DNA of 64,000 nt, from contig OY760074.1 in NCBI GenBank assembly GCA_963663035.1, positions 2,109,570-2,173,569 of the forward strand, given 5' to 3'. This DNA comes from Acidobacteriota bacterium (GTDB lineage Bacteria; Acidobacteriota; UBA6911; RPQK01; JADFOI01). Below the pieces are notes generated by a model, which was given only the letters and a program-made list of their open reading frames with translations, did no database searches and had not been told where the DNA came from. The first letter of the stretch is position 1. Each line of letters opens with the position of its first letter. Below, one piece after another: positions 8,275-16,751 of the stretch. The translations under genes were made by a program, and so were the position numbers.

Positions 8275-8370
8275 CTTACTTCGGACAGTGCCGCAAATGG
8301 CGTCCAATTCAGGAACATGTAATGATGGAAGCTGAGAAAATTGCTCGACAGCCCGGCGAGCATCGAGAAA

Positions 8371-9891
8371 ATGGTTATTCCTTCGAGTCTTCCCGTGGTC
8401 AAAAGAGCCACGGCACATGACAAACGACTCGCCATCATTGCACGGGAGGGAAGCTACTCCTACGCCGATTTACTCGTGGCCGCCAACCGGGTAGCTTCGT
8501 GCCTACTCAGTGGCCGATCTGATCTGGGCGAAGCGCGGGTTGCTTTCATGGTCCCCCCGAGCTTTGAGTATGCGGCAGTGCAATGGGGAATCTGGGAGGC
8601 AGGAGGAATAGCGGTCCCACTCTGCACCGCACACCCCCCACCGGAGATTGAGTACGTGCTACGGGACACGGAAGCAGAGACCGTGGTCACCCATCCCGAC
8701 TTTGAAGAAGAATTGCGTCCCCTGGTCAGCGCCCGTAATGCCCGGATCCTCTCAACATCAGAGACTACAAGAGCCAGGGAATGTTCCCTTCCCGATGTGG
8801 CAACGGAGCGGCGGGCAATGATCCTGTACACCAGCGGAACAACAAGCAAACCCAAAGGTGTCGTCACGACCCACCGGAACATCATGGCGCAGACCACCTC
8901 CCTGATAGATTCCTGGGAGTGGACAGCCGAGGATCAGATTTTAAATGTTCTGCCCCTTCATCACACACACGGCATCGTGAACATCCTTCTGTGCGCTTTA
9001 TGGGCAGGGGCGACCTGTGAGATGCTGCCCGAATTTGATGCCAATACAGTGTGGCGCCGATTTATCAAGAGCGATCTGACACTGTTTATGGCTGTCCCTA
9101 CGATCTACATCAAACTGATTTCAGCCTGGGAGAAAGCAACCAGGGAAGACCAACAAGTCATGTCAAAGGCCTGTGCCAAGATGCGCTTAATGGTGTCCGG
9201 ATCGGCGCCTCTTCCAGCCAGCGTTTTGGAGAGATGGAGAGCCATAACCGGACACACTCTACTTGAGCGCTACGGACTGACTGAGGTGGGCATGGTGCTG
9301 TCCAATCCTCTTCATGGGGAGCGAAGGCCCGGTTCTGTGGGCGTGCCCTTGCCTGGTGTTGAGGTAAGACTGGTTGATGAAGCAGGTCATACCATAAGGG
9401 ATGAGGAAGAGGCGGGAGAAATACAGGTGAGAGGTCCCAATGTTTTCCTGGAGTATCTGGGCCAACCAGAAGCTACTGCCAAGGCATTCCGTAACGGCTG
9501 GTTTTGCACCGGCGATGAGGCGGTCATCGAAGAAGGGTATTGTCGGATTCTGGGGAGAAGTTCCCTCGATATCATTAAGACGGGGGGAAACAAGGTATCC
9601 GCTCTCGAAGTAGAAGAAGTCTTGAGGACGCATCCTGCAATCAGGGAATGTGCTGTGGTGGGCGTCAAGGATCAAGAGTGGGGAGAACGAGTCTGTGCCG
9701 CTGTGATACCCACGCCGACTCGTACCTTGTCGCTGGGTGATCTTCGCAGCTGGGCAAAGGCGAGGCTGGAAAAGTCTAAAGTACCCACCCGGCTCATTCT
9801 CCTGGAAGAACTGCCTCGTAATCTGATGGGAAAGGTCAGCAAACCGGAGTTAAAAGAGTTGTTTCAGTCCTCCTTTACTCCCCAGGTCTAG
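8371..9891 (+). CDS. AMP-dependent acyl-CoA synthetase/ligase (ANL superfamily)
   Basis: AMP-binding motif ILYTSGTTSKPKGV, TGD motif WFCTGDEA, and C-terminal GKVSK. The start is uncertain: TTG at 8341 or ATG at 8371. Confidence 0.85.
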   Translation: MVIPSSLPVVKRATAHDKRLAIIAREGSYSYADLLVAANRVASCLLSGRSDLGEARVAFMVPPSFEYAAVQWGIWEAGGIAVPLCTAHPPPEIEYVLRDTEAETVVTHPDFEEELRPLVSARNARILSTSETTRARECSLPDVATERRAMILYTSGTTSKPKGVVTTHRNIMAQTTSLIDSWEWTAEDQILNVLPLHHTHGIVNILLCALWAGATCEMLPEFDANTVWRRFIKSDLTLFMAVPTIYIKLISAWEKATREDQQVMSKACAKMRLMVSGSAPLPASVLERWRAITGHTLLERYGLTEVGMVLSNPLHGERRPGSVGVPLPGVEVRLVDEAGHTIRDEEEAGEIQVRGPNVFLEYLGQPEATAKAFRNGWFCTGDEAVIEEGYCRILGRSSLDIIKTGGNKVSALEVEEVLRTHPAIRECAVVGVKDQEWGERVCAAVIPTPTRTLSLGDLRSWAKARLEKSKVPTRLILLEELPRNLMGKVSKPELKELFQSSFTPQV

Positions 9892-10628
9892 GTGTGATCC
9901 GCACTCGCTTGCTCCTGATCCACAAACTCGACGATCTGCTTCCGCGTTTCCGGAAGCAGTTCAGAGAACTCGAGGCCGATCGAGTTCACATGATCCTCTC
10001 CCTGATCTACCTTCTCGGCTTTGACGACCGTGGCCAAAGTGCTGACTTGTTGTGACTCTGACAGCTGGAGGTTCAGCTTCAGCAGATCCATAGCCTTCAG
10101 AGGGGTGGTGGTTTCAAAGCTCAGACCGTTCCCACTGAGATCTACAGTGTCGGCCTGAAAGACTTTCCCCATGGTGAGACCTCTATGAACCGCTTCGATC
10201 ACTTCAAACGAAAAGGATATCTTGGATCGAAGCCTGGAAGTCCTTCTCCTCTGCATGGCAACCGGTCTGCTCACGATCGAGAGTTCGACCTTGAGGTTCC
10301 CCGGTCCATAGACTCTGGAAACTTCGGCATGACAAAAGTAGATCCCTTGTGGATCCCAGTACTTGAGCCGAACTTTCTCTCCTGCCTCGAAAGAAAGACC
10401 AGCTTTCCCTGCGGAAAGCTGAACACCCAGTGAATGTTCATCGATATCCGTCACCTTGGCGTCTCGCTCATCAAGGGGGTGTTCGACTTTTACGGGAAAG
10501 CCAATCTCCAGACGATGGATAAACTCCTTTGCCGTTTTTTCAGTCACTTCTTCTATTCTAACTGAAAAAGAGAGTCGTTTGACAAAATCTAACCCTGTCT
10601 TCCCTGTCAAGACCCTGTGCAGAAACAC
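9888..10628 (-). CDS. PilZ-domain protein (paralog 2 of 3)
   Basis: RRTSR and DLSGNG PilZ motifs. The N-terminal domain carries KYWDPQG. GTG start. Overlaps the convergent acyl-CoA synthetase stop by 4 nt. Confidence 0.75.
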   Translation of the reverse strand: MFLHRVLTGKTGLDFVKRLSFSVRIEEVTEKTAKEFIHRLEIGFPVKVEHPLDERDAKVTDIDEHSLGVQLSAGKAGLSFEAGEKVRLKYWDPQGIYFCHAEVSRVYGPGNLKVELSIVSRPVAMQRRRTSRLRSKISFSFEVIEAVHRGLTMGKVFQADTVDLSGNGLSFETTTPLKAMDLLKLNLQLSESQQVSTLATVVKAEKVDQGEDHVNSIGLEFSELLPETRKQIVEFVDQEQASADHT

Positions 10629-10774
10629 TATCGATCAGGCAACGCACAAGCTCTTGTATCGTTTAAAGCGTTGCTGCATCTAGCACTGTGGAAGGTCAGA
10701 GACCTCTGGTATAAGAAATTCCGGCTCAGATTCCTCGCGAATTTTTGGAGGTCGTTTGGTCGGGCCAGTGGCAT

Positions 10775-12043
10775 ATGACGATTGGAAAACCTCTGATGAT
10801 CGAAAATGATCTCAATGGCCATCCACTCGATCTGGCGGTAGGCATACCCTCTTACAACGAGGCCGACAACATTGGCTTTGTAGTCGAACAACTTGCCCAG
10901 GGATTGAAGAAATACTACCCTCACCTCAACACCGCTATCATCAACGCCGACAACTCTTCTGAGGACGGCACCAAGGATGCCTTTCTCAGGGCAGACAGTG
11001 GCTCTATCCCAAAGGTTTACCTTTCTACGCCTCTCGGAGTCAAAGGTAAAGGCCACAATTTTCATAATCTCTTTGACTACCTCTCTAAGTATCAACCAGG
11101 GACTGTCGTCGTCGTCGATGCTGATTTACGTAGTATTCGACCATCCTGGCCCCGTACTCTGGCGGAACCGATCGCCAACGGCTTTGAGTTTGTGGCTCCG
11201 ATTTACAGTCGAAACGAGTACGATGGAACGATTACCAACCATCTCTGTTATCCCTTGATCTACGCTCTGTTGGGCAAGAACATCCGTCAACCGATAGCAG
11301 GCGATTTCGCCTTCTCCACAAGGCTCATGGAACATTGGCGAACTCGAAAATGGGGGAGGAATGTTCGTCAATATGGGGTTGACATCTTCATGACCACCGA
11401 AGCTCTCATGGGGGATTTTCGGGTCGCCCAGGTGGTCTTGGGTTCCAAGGTTCACAAGCCGAGTGCTCCCAAGTTGGGGGACATGTTCAGTCAGGTGGTG
11501 GATACTCTCTTCGCCAGCCTGCTGAAGTCGAAGAACCGGTGGGACAACCATTTCCATGGACCCGACACGCCACCCGTGTACGGGAGTACCGAACCACTGG
11601 CTGCGCCCCAGGAAATGTCCATCGACTATAAACGTTTAAAGAAACAGGCACTTCGGGAGTTCCCTTCCAGTGAAAGCCTAATTTTGCAGATTCTGCCACC
11701 TGAGACGGGGGAGAAGATCCGTGAGATGTTCCGAGTTCATCGTTTTCGAATATCGAGCCGGCTGTGGATGAAAATTGTCTATGACTTTCTTTGCAACTAC
11801 GATCAGAGCGTGGATCGTCCTGAAAAGCTTCGGGTGATAGAGGCTTTAAAACCTCTATATTTGGCCAGAGTTATCTCTTTTATCCGAGAAACTTTAGAGC
11901 TTGACTACGAGGAGTGTGAGAACAAGATTCTTCGTCAAGCAAAAGTTTTCCGCTCTCACCGTAACATCTTGATTGAGAATATGGCTTTGCAGAGGCGAGT
12001 CACTCCAGGCCCGCCCAGGTCTCAACGCCCTGCCGTTCTTTAG
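10775..12043 (+). CDS. GT-A fold glycosyltransferase (family 2-like) with a long helical C-terminal extension
   Basis: GIPSYNEADNI, NADNSSEDGT and the DxD-type segment VVVDADLRS. The start is uncertain (10745, 10775 or 10796). The TAG stop at 12041-12043 abuts a MITE. Confidence 0.7.
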   Translation: MTIGKPLMIENDLNGHPLDLAVGIPSYNEADNIGFVVEQLAQGLKKYYPHLNTAIINADNSSEDGTKDAFLRADSGSIPKVYLSTPLGVKGKGHNFHNLFDYLSKYQPGTVVVVDADLRSIRPSWPRTLAEPIANGFEFVAPIYSRNEYDGTITNHLCYPLIYALLGKNIRQPIAGDFAFSTRLMEHWRTRKWGRNVRQYGVDIFMTTEALMGDFRVAQVVLGSKVHKPSAPKLGDMFSQVVDTLFASLLKSKNRWDNHFHGPDTPPVYGSTEPLAAPQEMSIDYKRLKKQALREFPSSESLILQILPPETGEKIREMFRVHRFRISSRLWMKIVYDFLCNYDQSVDRPEKLRVIEALKPLYLARVISFIRETLELDYEECENKILRQAKVFRSHRNILIENMALQRRVTPGPPRSQRPAVL

Positions 12044-12315
12044 TGTCTCGTCCCATGAATACCATGATGTTTGTGGCGAGTGCGACGGCGTCGAGTTCGC
12101 GAAGCGACGACGACGCGATGTCTCTGTGCATCGCGGAAGAGGAGCGACAAAGAAATCGATGCCGTCCCGCCGCCACCCTTCGGGCTGATGGGGGTTGCAG
12201 GCGATCTCTGCGTTGCTCGTCGTCGCCGACGCAGGGACATCACCTCCTCCTCGCTCCTTGATCTCGCCTCGCAAGACCCATCAGCAAACATCATGCTATT
12301 CATGGGACGAGACAC
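12043..12315. mobile_element. MITE family C, copy 1 (about 273 bp)
   Basis: About 31-bp terminal inverted repeats, GTGTCTCGTCCCATGAATACCATGATGTTTG / CAAACATCATGCTATTCATGGGACGAGACAC. Flanked by (C)TTTA(G) on both sides. An inverted second copy lies at 59891-60166. Confidence 0.8.
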
Positions 12316-12334
12316 TTTAGCAGCTGCTAGGATG

Positions 12335-13486
12335 TCATTGAGCGGTCCCCTCCGTCGAGATGTAATCTCTTGTGACTATATCCCAGTAATCTCGGTAGGG
12401 TCTCTGCTGGTGAAGCCTGAGAAAGCTCTCAAAGTGCTGCAGTAAGGTCGTGACGTAGGCACCGGAGAGGGTCTCCGGATGCCTCTGCCTGTAGTGGAAA
12501 TAACTTCGGATGATCACGCTATTGGGATCGACAGGCAGGTGTTTCAGGTTTTCAAGGAAGAGCGAGAATCCCCTGTTCCCAAACAGGTAAAACTCAACAT
12601 TCGAGACGTAAAAAGTTGAGACCACTGATCCTTGTCTCTTCAAGTACTCCCCGACACTCCTGACAGCTGTCGGCCCCGCGAAGTCTCCAATGACCGGCAC
12701 GATTCGATTTTCCTCCTGCATCTTTTTTAAAAACTGAAAATCGCTCTCGGAATTCAAATAATGTCGCATCTCACCTGTCTGATCTGTTGCCCTAGCCAGT
12801 TGCTCATAGGTGGGATACTGAGGCCGAGGCAGGCGGCCATGGCTACGGAATCTCAACTGGAAGCTTTCTTCGAAAAAGGTCACAGCGATTGCATGAAAAG
12901 TGTCGCGGTCTTCCTCCCGAGTCACATAAGGAAAGCGCCTTCGAATATCTGACCAGACTTCCAGAAAGTTCTGTTCAAAGAACTCGCGGTCTGAAGAGAG
13001 ACTCCGAAAGTGCTCAACCAGAACAGGGATATCGGCCGAAGGATCGGGTTGAAAGCCTTTCGGAGGTCTCTTGCCAAACAGGAGCGTGAGGTATTCCCAT
13101 CGGTTTTCGGAAGCTTCGATGAGCTGCTTGAAAAAAAGATGTTGCAGAAGATTGTCGCGGCGCAAATCAATGATAAAGGCCGTGGCGGGTCTCACCTGAG
13201 CAATGTAAGTGAAGTTTTGGTCGGGTCCGACTCCTAAATACACCTGTCCACTTGTTGTGATCTCCCTTAATCTGGGAAAGACCTGCAGGTAGGAGAGTTC
13301 ATTGGAAATCAGATTGTCTGTGTCATAGTAACCCGCCTCTTCGCTTAGTTCCAGAGACAGTTGCTCAAACTCTTGATCGGTTAATTCTCTGACCTCCCCC
13401 CCATTTTCCAGAGCCTGAGGCAGGCTGATGATCAAAAGCAGAATGAGTGCGCCAACAGCAACTAGGAGTCTTCTCATGGGGAACAT
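12335..13486 (-). CDS. hypothetical membrane-anchored or secreted protein
   Basis: About 383 aa. N-terminal hydrophobic segment MRRLLVAVGALILLLIISLP. No motif that I can name. ATG candidates at 13486 and 13477; the track start at 13513 is a TTG. Confidence 0.65.
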   Translation of the reverse strand: MFPMRRLLVAVGALILLLIISLPQALENGGEVRELTDQEFEQLSLELSEEAGYYDTDNLISNELSYLQVFPRLREITTSGQVYLGVGPDQNFTYIAQVRPATAFIIDLRRDNLLQHLFFKQLIEASENRWEYLTLLFGKRPPKGFQPDPSADIPVLVEHFRSLSSDREFFEQNFLEVWSDIRRRFPYVTREEDRDTFHAIAVTFFEESFQLRFRSHGRLPRPQYPTYEQLARATDQTGEMRHYLNSESDFQFLKKMQEENRIVPVIGDFAGPTAVRSVGEYLKRQGSVVSTFYVSNVEFYLFGNRGFSLFLENLKHLPVDPNSVIIRSYFHYRQRHPETLSGAYVTTLLQHFESFLRLHQQRPYRDYWDIVTRDYISTEGTAQ

Positions 13487-13519
13487 CTTGGGTCGATCAA
13501 CAATCGGAGTCAAACCGCA

Positions 13520-13545
13520 AGCCGGGATTGTGAATAATCCCGGCT
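13520..13545. repeat. back-to-back IS1380/MITE-A-type terminal repeats (IR-IR relic)
   Basis: In AGCCGGGATTGTGAATAATCCCGGCT, the left part matches IS IR CCGGGATT.. and the right part matches ..GAATAATCCCGG. Confidence 0.55.
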
Positions 13546-13609
13546 ATAGGCAAAGTTCATCAAACAAAGGCTATAATGATAGAGACAGCTGGCTACAAGG
13601 TAGAGGCAA

Positions 13610-14353
13610 ATGTTTACAAGGTTTCTCTTACTGATCCTGCTAATCGGGGTTTCAGCCGCTCGCATGGCCGATTTGCCCGATCAACAGAAGCGAGTCCATC
13701 CTCCTGAATTCACCTTCCTAAGACTCGTGTATTCGGGAGCAGATTGGACAGCTTCATCCTGGCATGTCGACTATCCCAAAGCCGACCAGCAGTTTCTTTA
13801 TGGGCTGGGAAAACTCACCGATTTCGGGTTTGTGAACACCGAAAATCTGGCTCTACCCCTCTCCGACCCCGAGTTGTTCAAGTTTCCCTTCCTTTACGCT
13901 GTTGAAGTGGGGCAAATGTACCTCTCTGACGAGGAAGTGAGCCAGCTGAGGGAATATTTGCTCCGCGGGGGATTTCTGGTCGTGGATGACTTTCACGGGG
14001 AATACGAGTGGCAGAACTTTTACAGACAGATAAAAAAAGTCTTTCCTGAATATGAGCCGATCGACCTCACCATCGACCATCCCATCTTTCACTGCTACTA
14101 CGACATCAAGGAGCTTATCCAGGTCCCGGGACTACAGTACGTCTACAGTGGGAGCACTTGGGAAAAAGGAGGATACCAGGCCCATTACAGAGGCATTCAG
14201 GATGAAAATGGTCGATTGATGGTGATGATCAACCACAACGTCGACCTGGGTGACGCCTGGGAATGGGCTGAGGTGGAAGCCTATCCGCGTAAATATGCCA
14301 ACCTCGCCTTCCACCTTGGAATCAACTACATCGTCTACGCCATGAGTCACTAG
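13610..14353 (+). CDS. DUF4159-like secreted protein
   Basis: Signal peptide, then FTFLRLVYSG ... DYPKADQQF ... FPFLY ... GGFLVVDDFHG ... DHPIFHCYYDI. This pattern is recalled from the DUF4159 family. Confidence 0.7.
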   Translation: MFTRFLLLILLIGVSAARMADLPDQQKRVHPPEFTFLRLVYSGADWTASSWHVDYPKADQQFLYGLGKLTDFGFVNTENLALPLSDPELFKFPFLYAVEVGQMYLSDEEVSQLREYLLRGGFLVVDDFHGEYEWQNFYRQIKKVFPEYEPIDLTIDHPIFHCYYDIKELIQVPGLQYVYSGSTWEKGGYQAHYRGIQDENGRLMVMINHNVDLGDAWEWAEVEAYPRKYANLAFHLGINYIVYAMSH

Positions 14354-15054
14354 CGGACTCCGAAGGTATACAGATACCCCACACTCATCTGCCAGTTGTG
14401 AGAGACTCCTTCCGGGCGAAAGCCAGCTCCCAGGAGAGGAGCTGTTGAAGGAAGTCCAAAATCATGCACGCCAGTGACATGATCGCGAACGTCGAAACGC
14501 ACTCCCCAGTCAGGTGCCATGGCAAGCTTGACACCTCCACCGTAGCTGAAAGCGAACTTCCCTCGATCTTCCAGTTCCACTCCCTGCTGTAAGGCCTCTT
14601 GTTTCGAATCAACGGAGACATCAAAGAAGGAGAACCCGATCCCCATGAAAGCGAAGGGAATGATTCGGCCTTCCCGCTCCCTGGGATAAATAACTACGTT
14701 GTAAGACAGGTTGTGAACCTTTTGATTCAACTCCAGTTGGGGAATTGAGGGCGCCAAGTTCACAAAGAGGACCGGCTGGTTGGCCACGGCATACTCCAGC
14801 TCCGCTCCCAGACGCGGCCCCAGATTTTCGGCGATCCGGACACCGAGCACATAGCTCGAGTCGAAATTCAAACCCACATTCTGGGTTGTACCTCCCTCCA
14901 CCGGAGTGACAAAAGTCCCATCCCCTATTGAACTCAGACCAAAGAAAATCGAGAGTTCCCATTTGCTGTCACTTCGAAACCGTGGACTTTGGGCTGAGAC
15001 TTCAGCCAAAGACAAAACAAGAAGCAACCACAAGAGCGGGCAGTACCTGAGCAT
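14350..15054 (-). CDS. outer-membrane beta-barrel protein
   Basis: Signal peptide MLRYCPLLWLLLVLSLAEVSAQ, alternating beta-strand pattern, aromatic C-terminal strand SVGYLYTFGVR. The track N-terminal extension to 15207 runs through a MITE. Confidence 0.75.
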   Translation of the reverse strand: MLRYCPLLWLLLVLSLAEVSAQSPRFRSDSKWELSIFFGLSSIGDGTFVTPVEGGTTQNVGLNFDSSYVLGVRIAENLGPRLGAELEYAVANQPVLFVNLAPSIPQLELNQKVHNLSYNVVIYPREREGRIIPFAFMGIGFSFFDVSVDSKQEALQQGVELEDRGKFAFSYGGGVKLAMAPDWGVRFDVRDHVTGVHDFGLPSTAPLLGAGFRPEGVSHNWQMSVGYLYTFGVR

Positions 15055-15069
15055 TCCTTTCCTTTCTAG

Positions 15070-15215
15070 CCGGGAGTATGCATAGGTTTTCGTAACGAAG
15101 TGCCGTAGGCGCCGCGATGACCAGGCGTGCGAGGGGTACCCGCTCTGCGGGTCGCACAACGCAGTCAGCGTGGATGATTGCGGCACTGCAGTAGAAAATT
15201 TATGCATAATTCCGG
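15070..15215. mobile_element. MITE family A, copy 2 (146 bp)
   Basis: Ends CCGGGAGTATGCATAGG / TTTATGCATAATTCCGG, flanked by CTAG and CTTA. Near-identical core to copy 1. Confidence 0.8.
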
Positions 15216-15281
15216 CTTAAAGCTCTTTATTGTAACTGTTGAATGCGACAAGTAGGTGAAGGAGTAGGAGCGGCGGCCGGG

Positions 15282-15728
15282 CTAAGGGGTTTCCCCTGGT
15301 TCATCTCTTCTTCGCATCGGGCCCTGCCTTCGTCTTTGGCCGTCTCGATCACGCTGGGCGAGAAAATCCTCGAATTTCGCCATCTGGTCAGGTTCGAGAA
15401 TGGCTCGAATTTGCTCCAGAGTCTCACCCCGAATGGCTCGATGTCGCCTATTGGCTTGCCGGTTGATGGCACCGAGTTGCTGACGACTTTCCTCAAGAAT
15501 CCGATGGAGTTCTCCTCGCTGTGATGGGTTCAGATCCAACAAATCCGACAGGTAGCTCAGGCTGCGCTCTGGAGACTGATTTGTACGAGCCTCCTGGCGC
15601 ACGCCAGGCCCCAGGACAGAGAAAGGGGGACGCGGCTGAGCCCAAAAGAAGATGAGAGTACCCCCAAACAGGACACCCGTCCCAAAAATGAGCAGCACCA
15701 ATAAAGTTGCCTTCATGCGACTGTTCAA
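15282..15728 (-). CDS. periplasmic CpxP/Spy/ZraP-like protein (LTxxQ-type repeats)
   Basis: N-terminal TM/signal segment, LNPSQRGEL and LEPDQMAKF motifs, basic C-terminus. Last gene of the ECF sigma operon. Confidence 0.6.
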   Translation of the reverse strand: MNSRMKATLLVLLIFGTGVLFGGTLIFFWAQPRPPFSVLGPGVRQEARTNQSPERSLSYLSDLLDLNPSQRGELHRILEESRQQLGAINRQANRRHRAIRGETLEQIRAILEPDQMAKFEDFLAQRDRDGQRRRQGPMRRRDEPGETP

Positions 15729-16147
15729 GGGAGGAGTTCCTCCTCAGGGAGTTCTCTGAGAGAATCCACTACGTCTTCCACAGAAAGGTCCTCTGGTACC
15801 GGTTCTGAGAAGAAGACGGCAGAATAGTATTCCATGTCTGGCTCCACCTCGGTCTGCCTGTAGAGCAGAAAGCTGGTCGCCAGGACAAGGACCAGGAAGA
15901 CTGGGATCAGCTGCTGTGCCACCCGCTGGAACAGAACAGCAAAAGAAACCTCTGCTGTCTGAGCGAGGTGAGCCAGGCGCTGGCTAAAGAATGGAGGGGG
16001 ATCGATTTGAGGAGCCGATTGCACTTGAAAGCCCAGGAAGCGGAAGACATCCCACCCTTTCCGGCACTCCTCACAACTGTTCAGGTGACTCTGATCCGGT
16101 GTTTCGTCAAAGTCCAATTCTGCGAAAGGAATGTGCTCTTCAGGCAT
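15725..16147 (-). CDS. anti-sigma factor (zf-HC2-like N-terminus, one TM segment)
   Basis: HLNSCEECRKGWD near the N-terminus and the TM segment QLIPVFLVLVLATSFLLY. Overlaps the sigma factor stop by 8 nt. Confidence 0.65.
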   Translation of the reverse strand: MPEEHIPFAELDFDETPDQSHLNSCEECRKGWDVFRFLGFQVQSAPQIDPPPFFSQRLAHLAQTAEVSFAVLFQRVAQQLIPVFLVLVLATSFLLYRQTEVEPDMEYYSAVFFSEPVPEDLSVEDVVDSLRELPEEELLP

Positions 16148-16739
16148 CTATGATCTTCTTTCCCGAATAGAGGACTTGCTCAAGATCCTCCTGTAACCTT
16201 CTCTTGGAACGGCTGACACGAATTCTGGCAGCCAGCTCGGTTGTCTGGAGGGCCTGGGCAATTTCGGGGTAACTCAGTCCTTCCAGCTCGCGGAGGACAA
16301 AAGCCATCTTGTCCTTCTCATTCAGTCTCCCCATGAGTTTTTCAAGAAGCTCGAATAGCTCCTGAACATCCCTCTCACTCAAGGCACTTTGCTGACTGAA
16401 CCGCTCATAAAGGTACTCGACCCGGCCTTCTTCATCTCGACCAAGATCCGCGAAAAGCTGAGTCTTGCGCTTTCGGGCTTTTCTGACCTCGTCCAGACAG
16501 GTATTGGCAGTGATCCGTGAGATCCACGCCTTCAGAGGTCGCTTTGCGTCAAAGGTCTCTAAGGATCGGAACACTTTTAGAAACACCTCTTGTGCCATAT
16601 CCTCAACCTCATCTCGACGACCGAGATAATGGTAGATGATATGGAAAACCAGTCGCTGATAGCGTTCAACAATCTCCTCAAAAGCGTGGGGCTCACCTGC
16701 CAGAGTGGCCTTGACCAACTGCGCATCTGTTCTGGCCAT
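16140..16739 (-). CDS. ECF-type RNA polymerase sigma-70 family factor
   Basis: Region 2 is DEVEDMAQEVFLKVFRSL ... AWISRITANTCLDEVRK. Region 4 is LEGLSYPEIAQALQTTELAARIRVSRSKRRL. Confidence 0.9.
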   Translation of the reverse strand: MARTDAQLVKATLAGEPHAFEEIVERYQRLVFHIIYHYLGRRDEVEDMAQEVFLKVFRSLETFDAKRPLKAWISRITANTCLDEVRKARKRKTQLFADLGRDEEGRVEYLYERFSQQSALSERDVQELFELLEKLMGRLNEKDKMAFVLRELEGLSYPEIAQALQTTELAARIRVSRSKRRLQEDLEQVLYSGKKIIDA

Positions 16740-16751
16740 CCCCAGGAGTAT

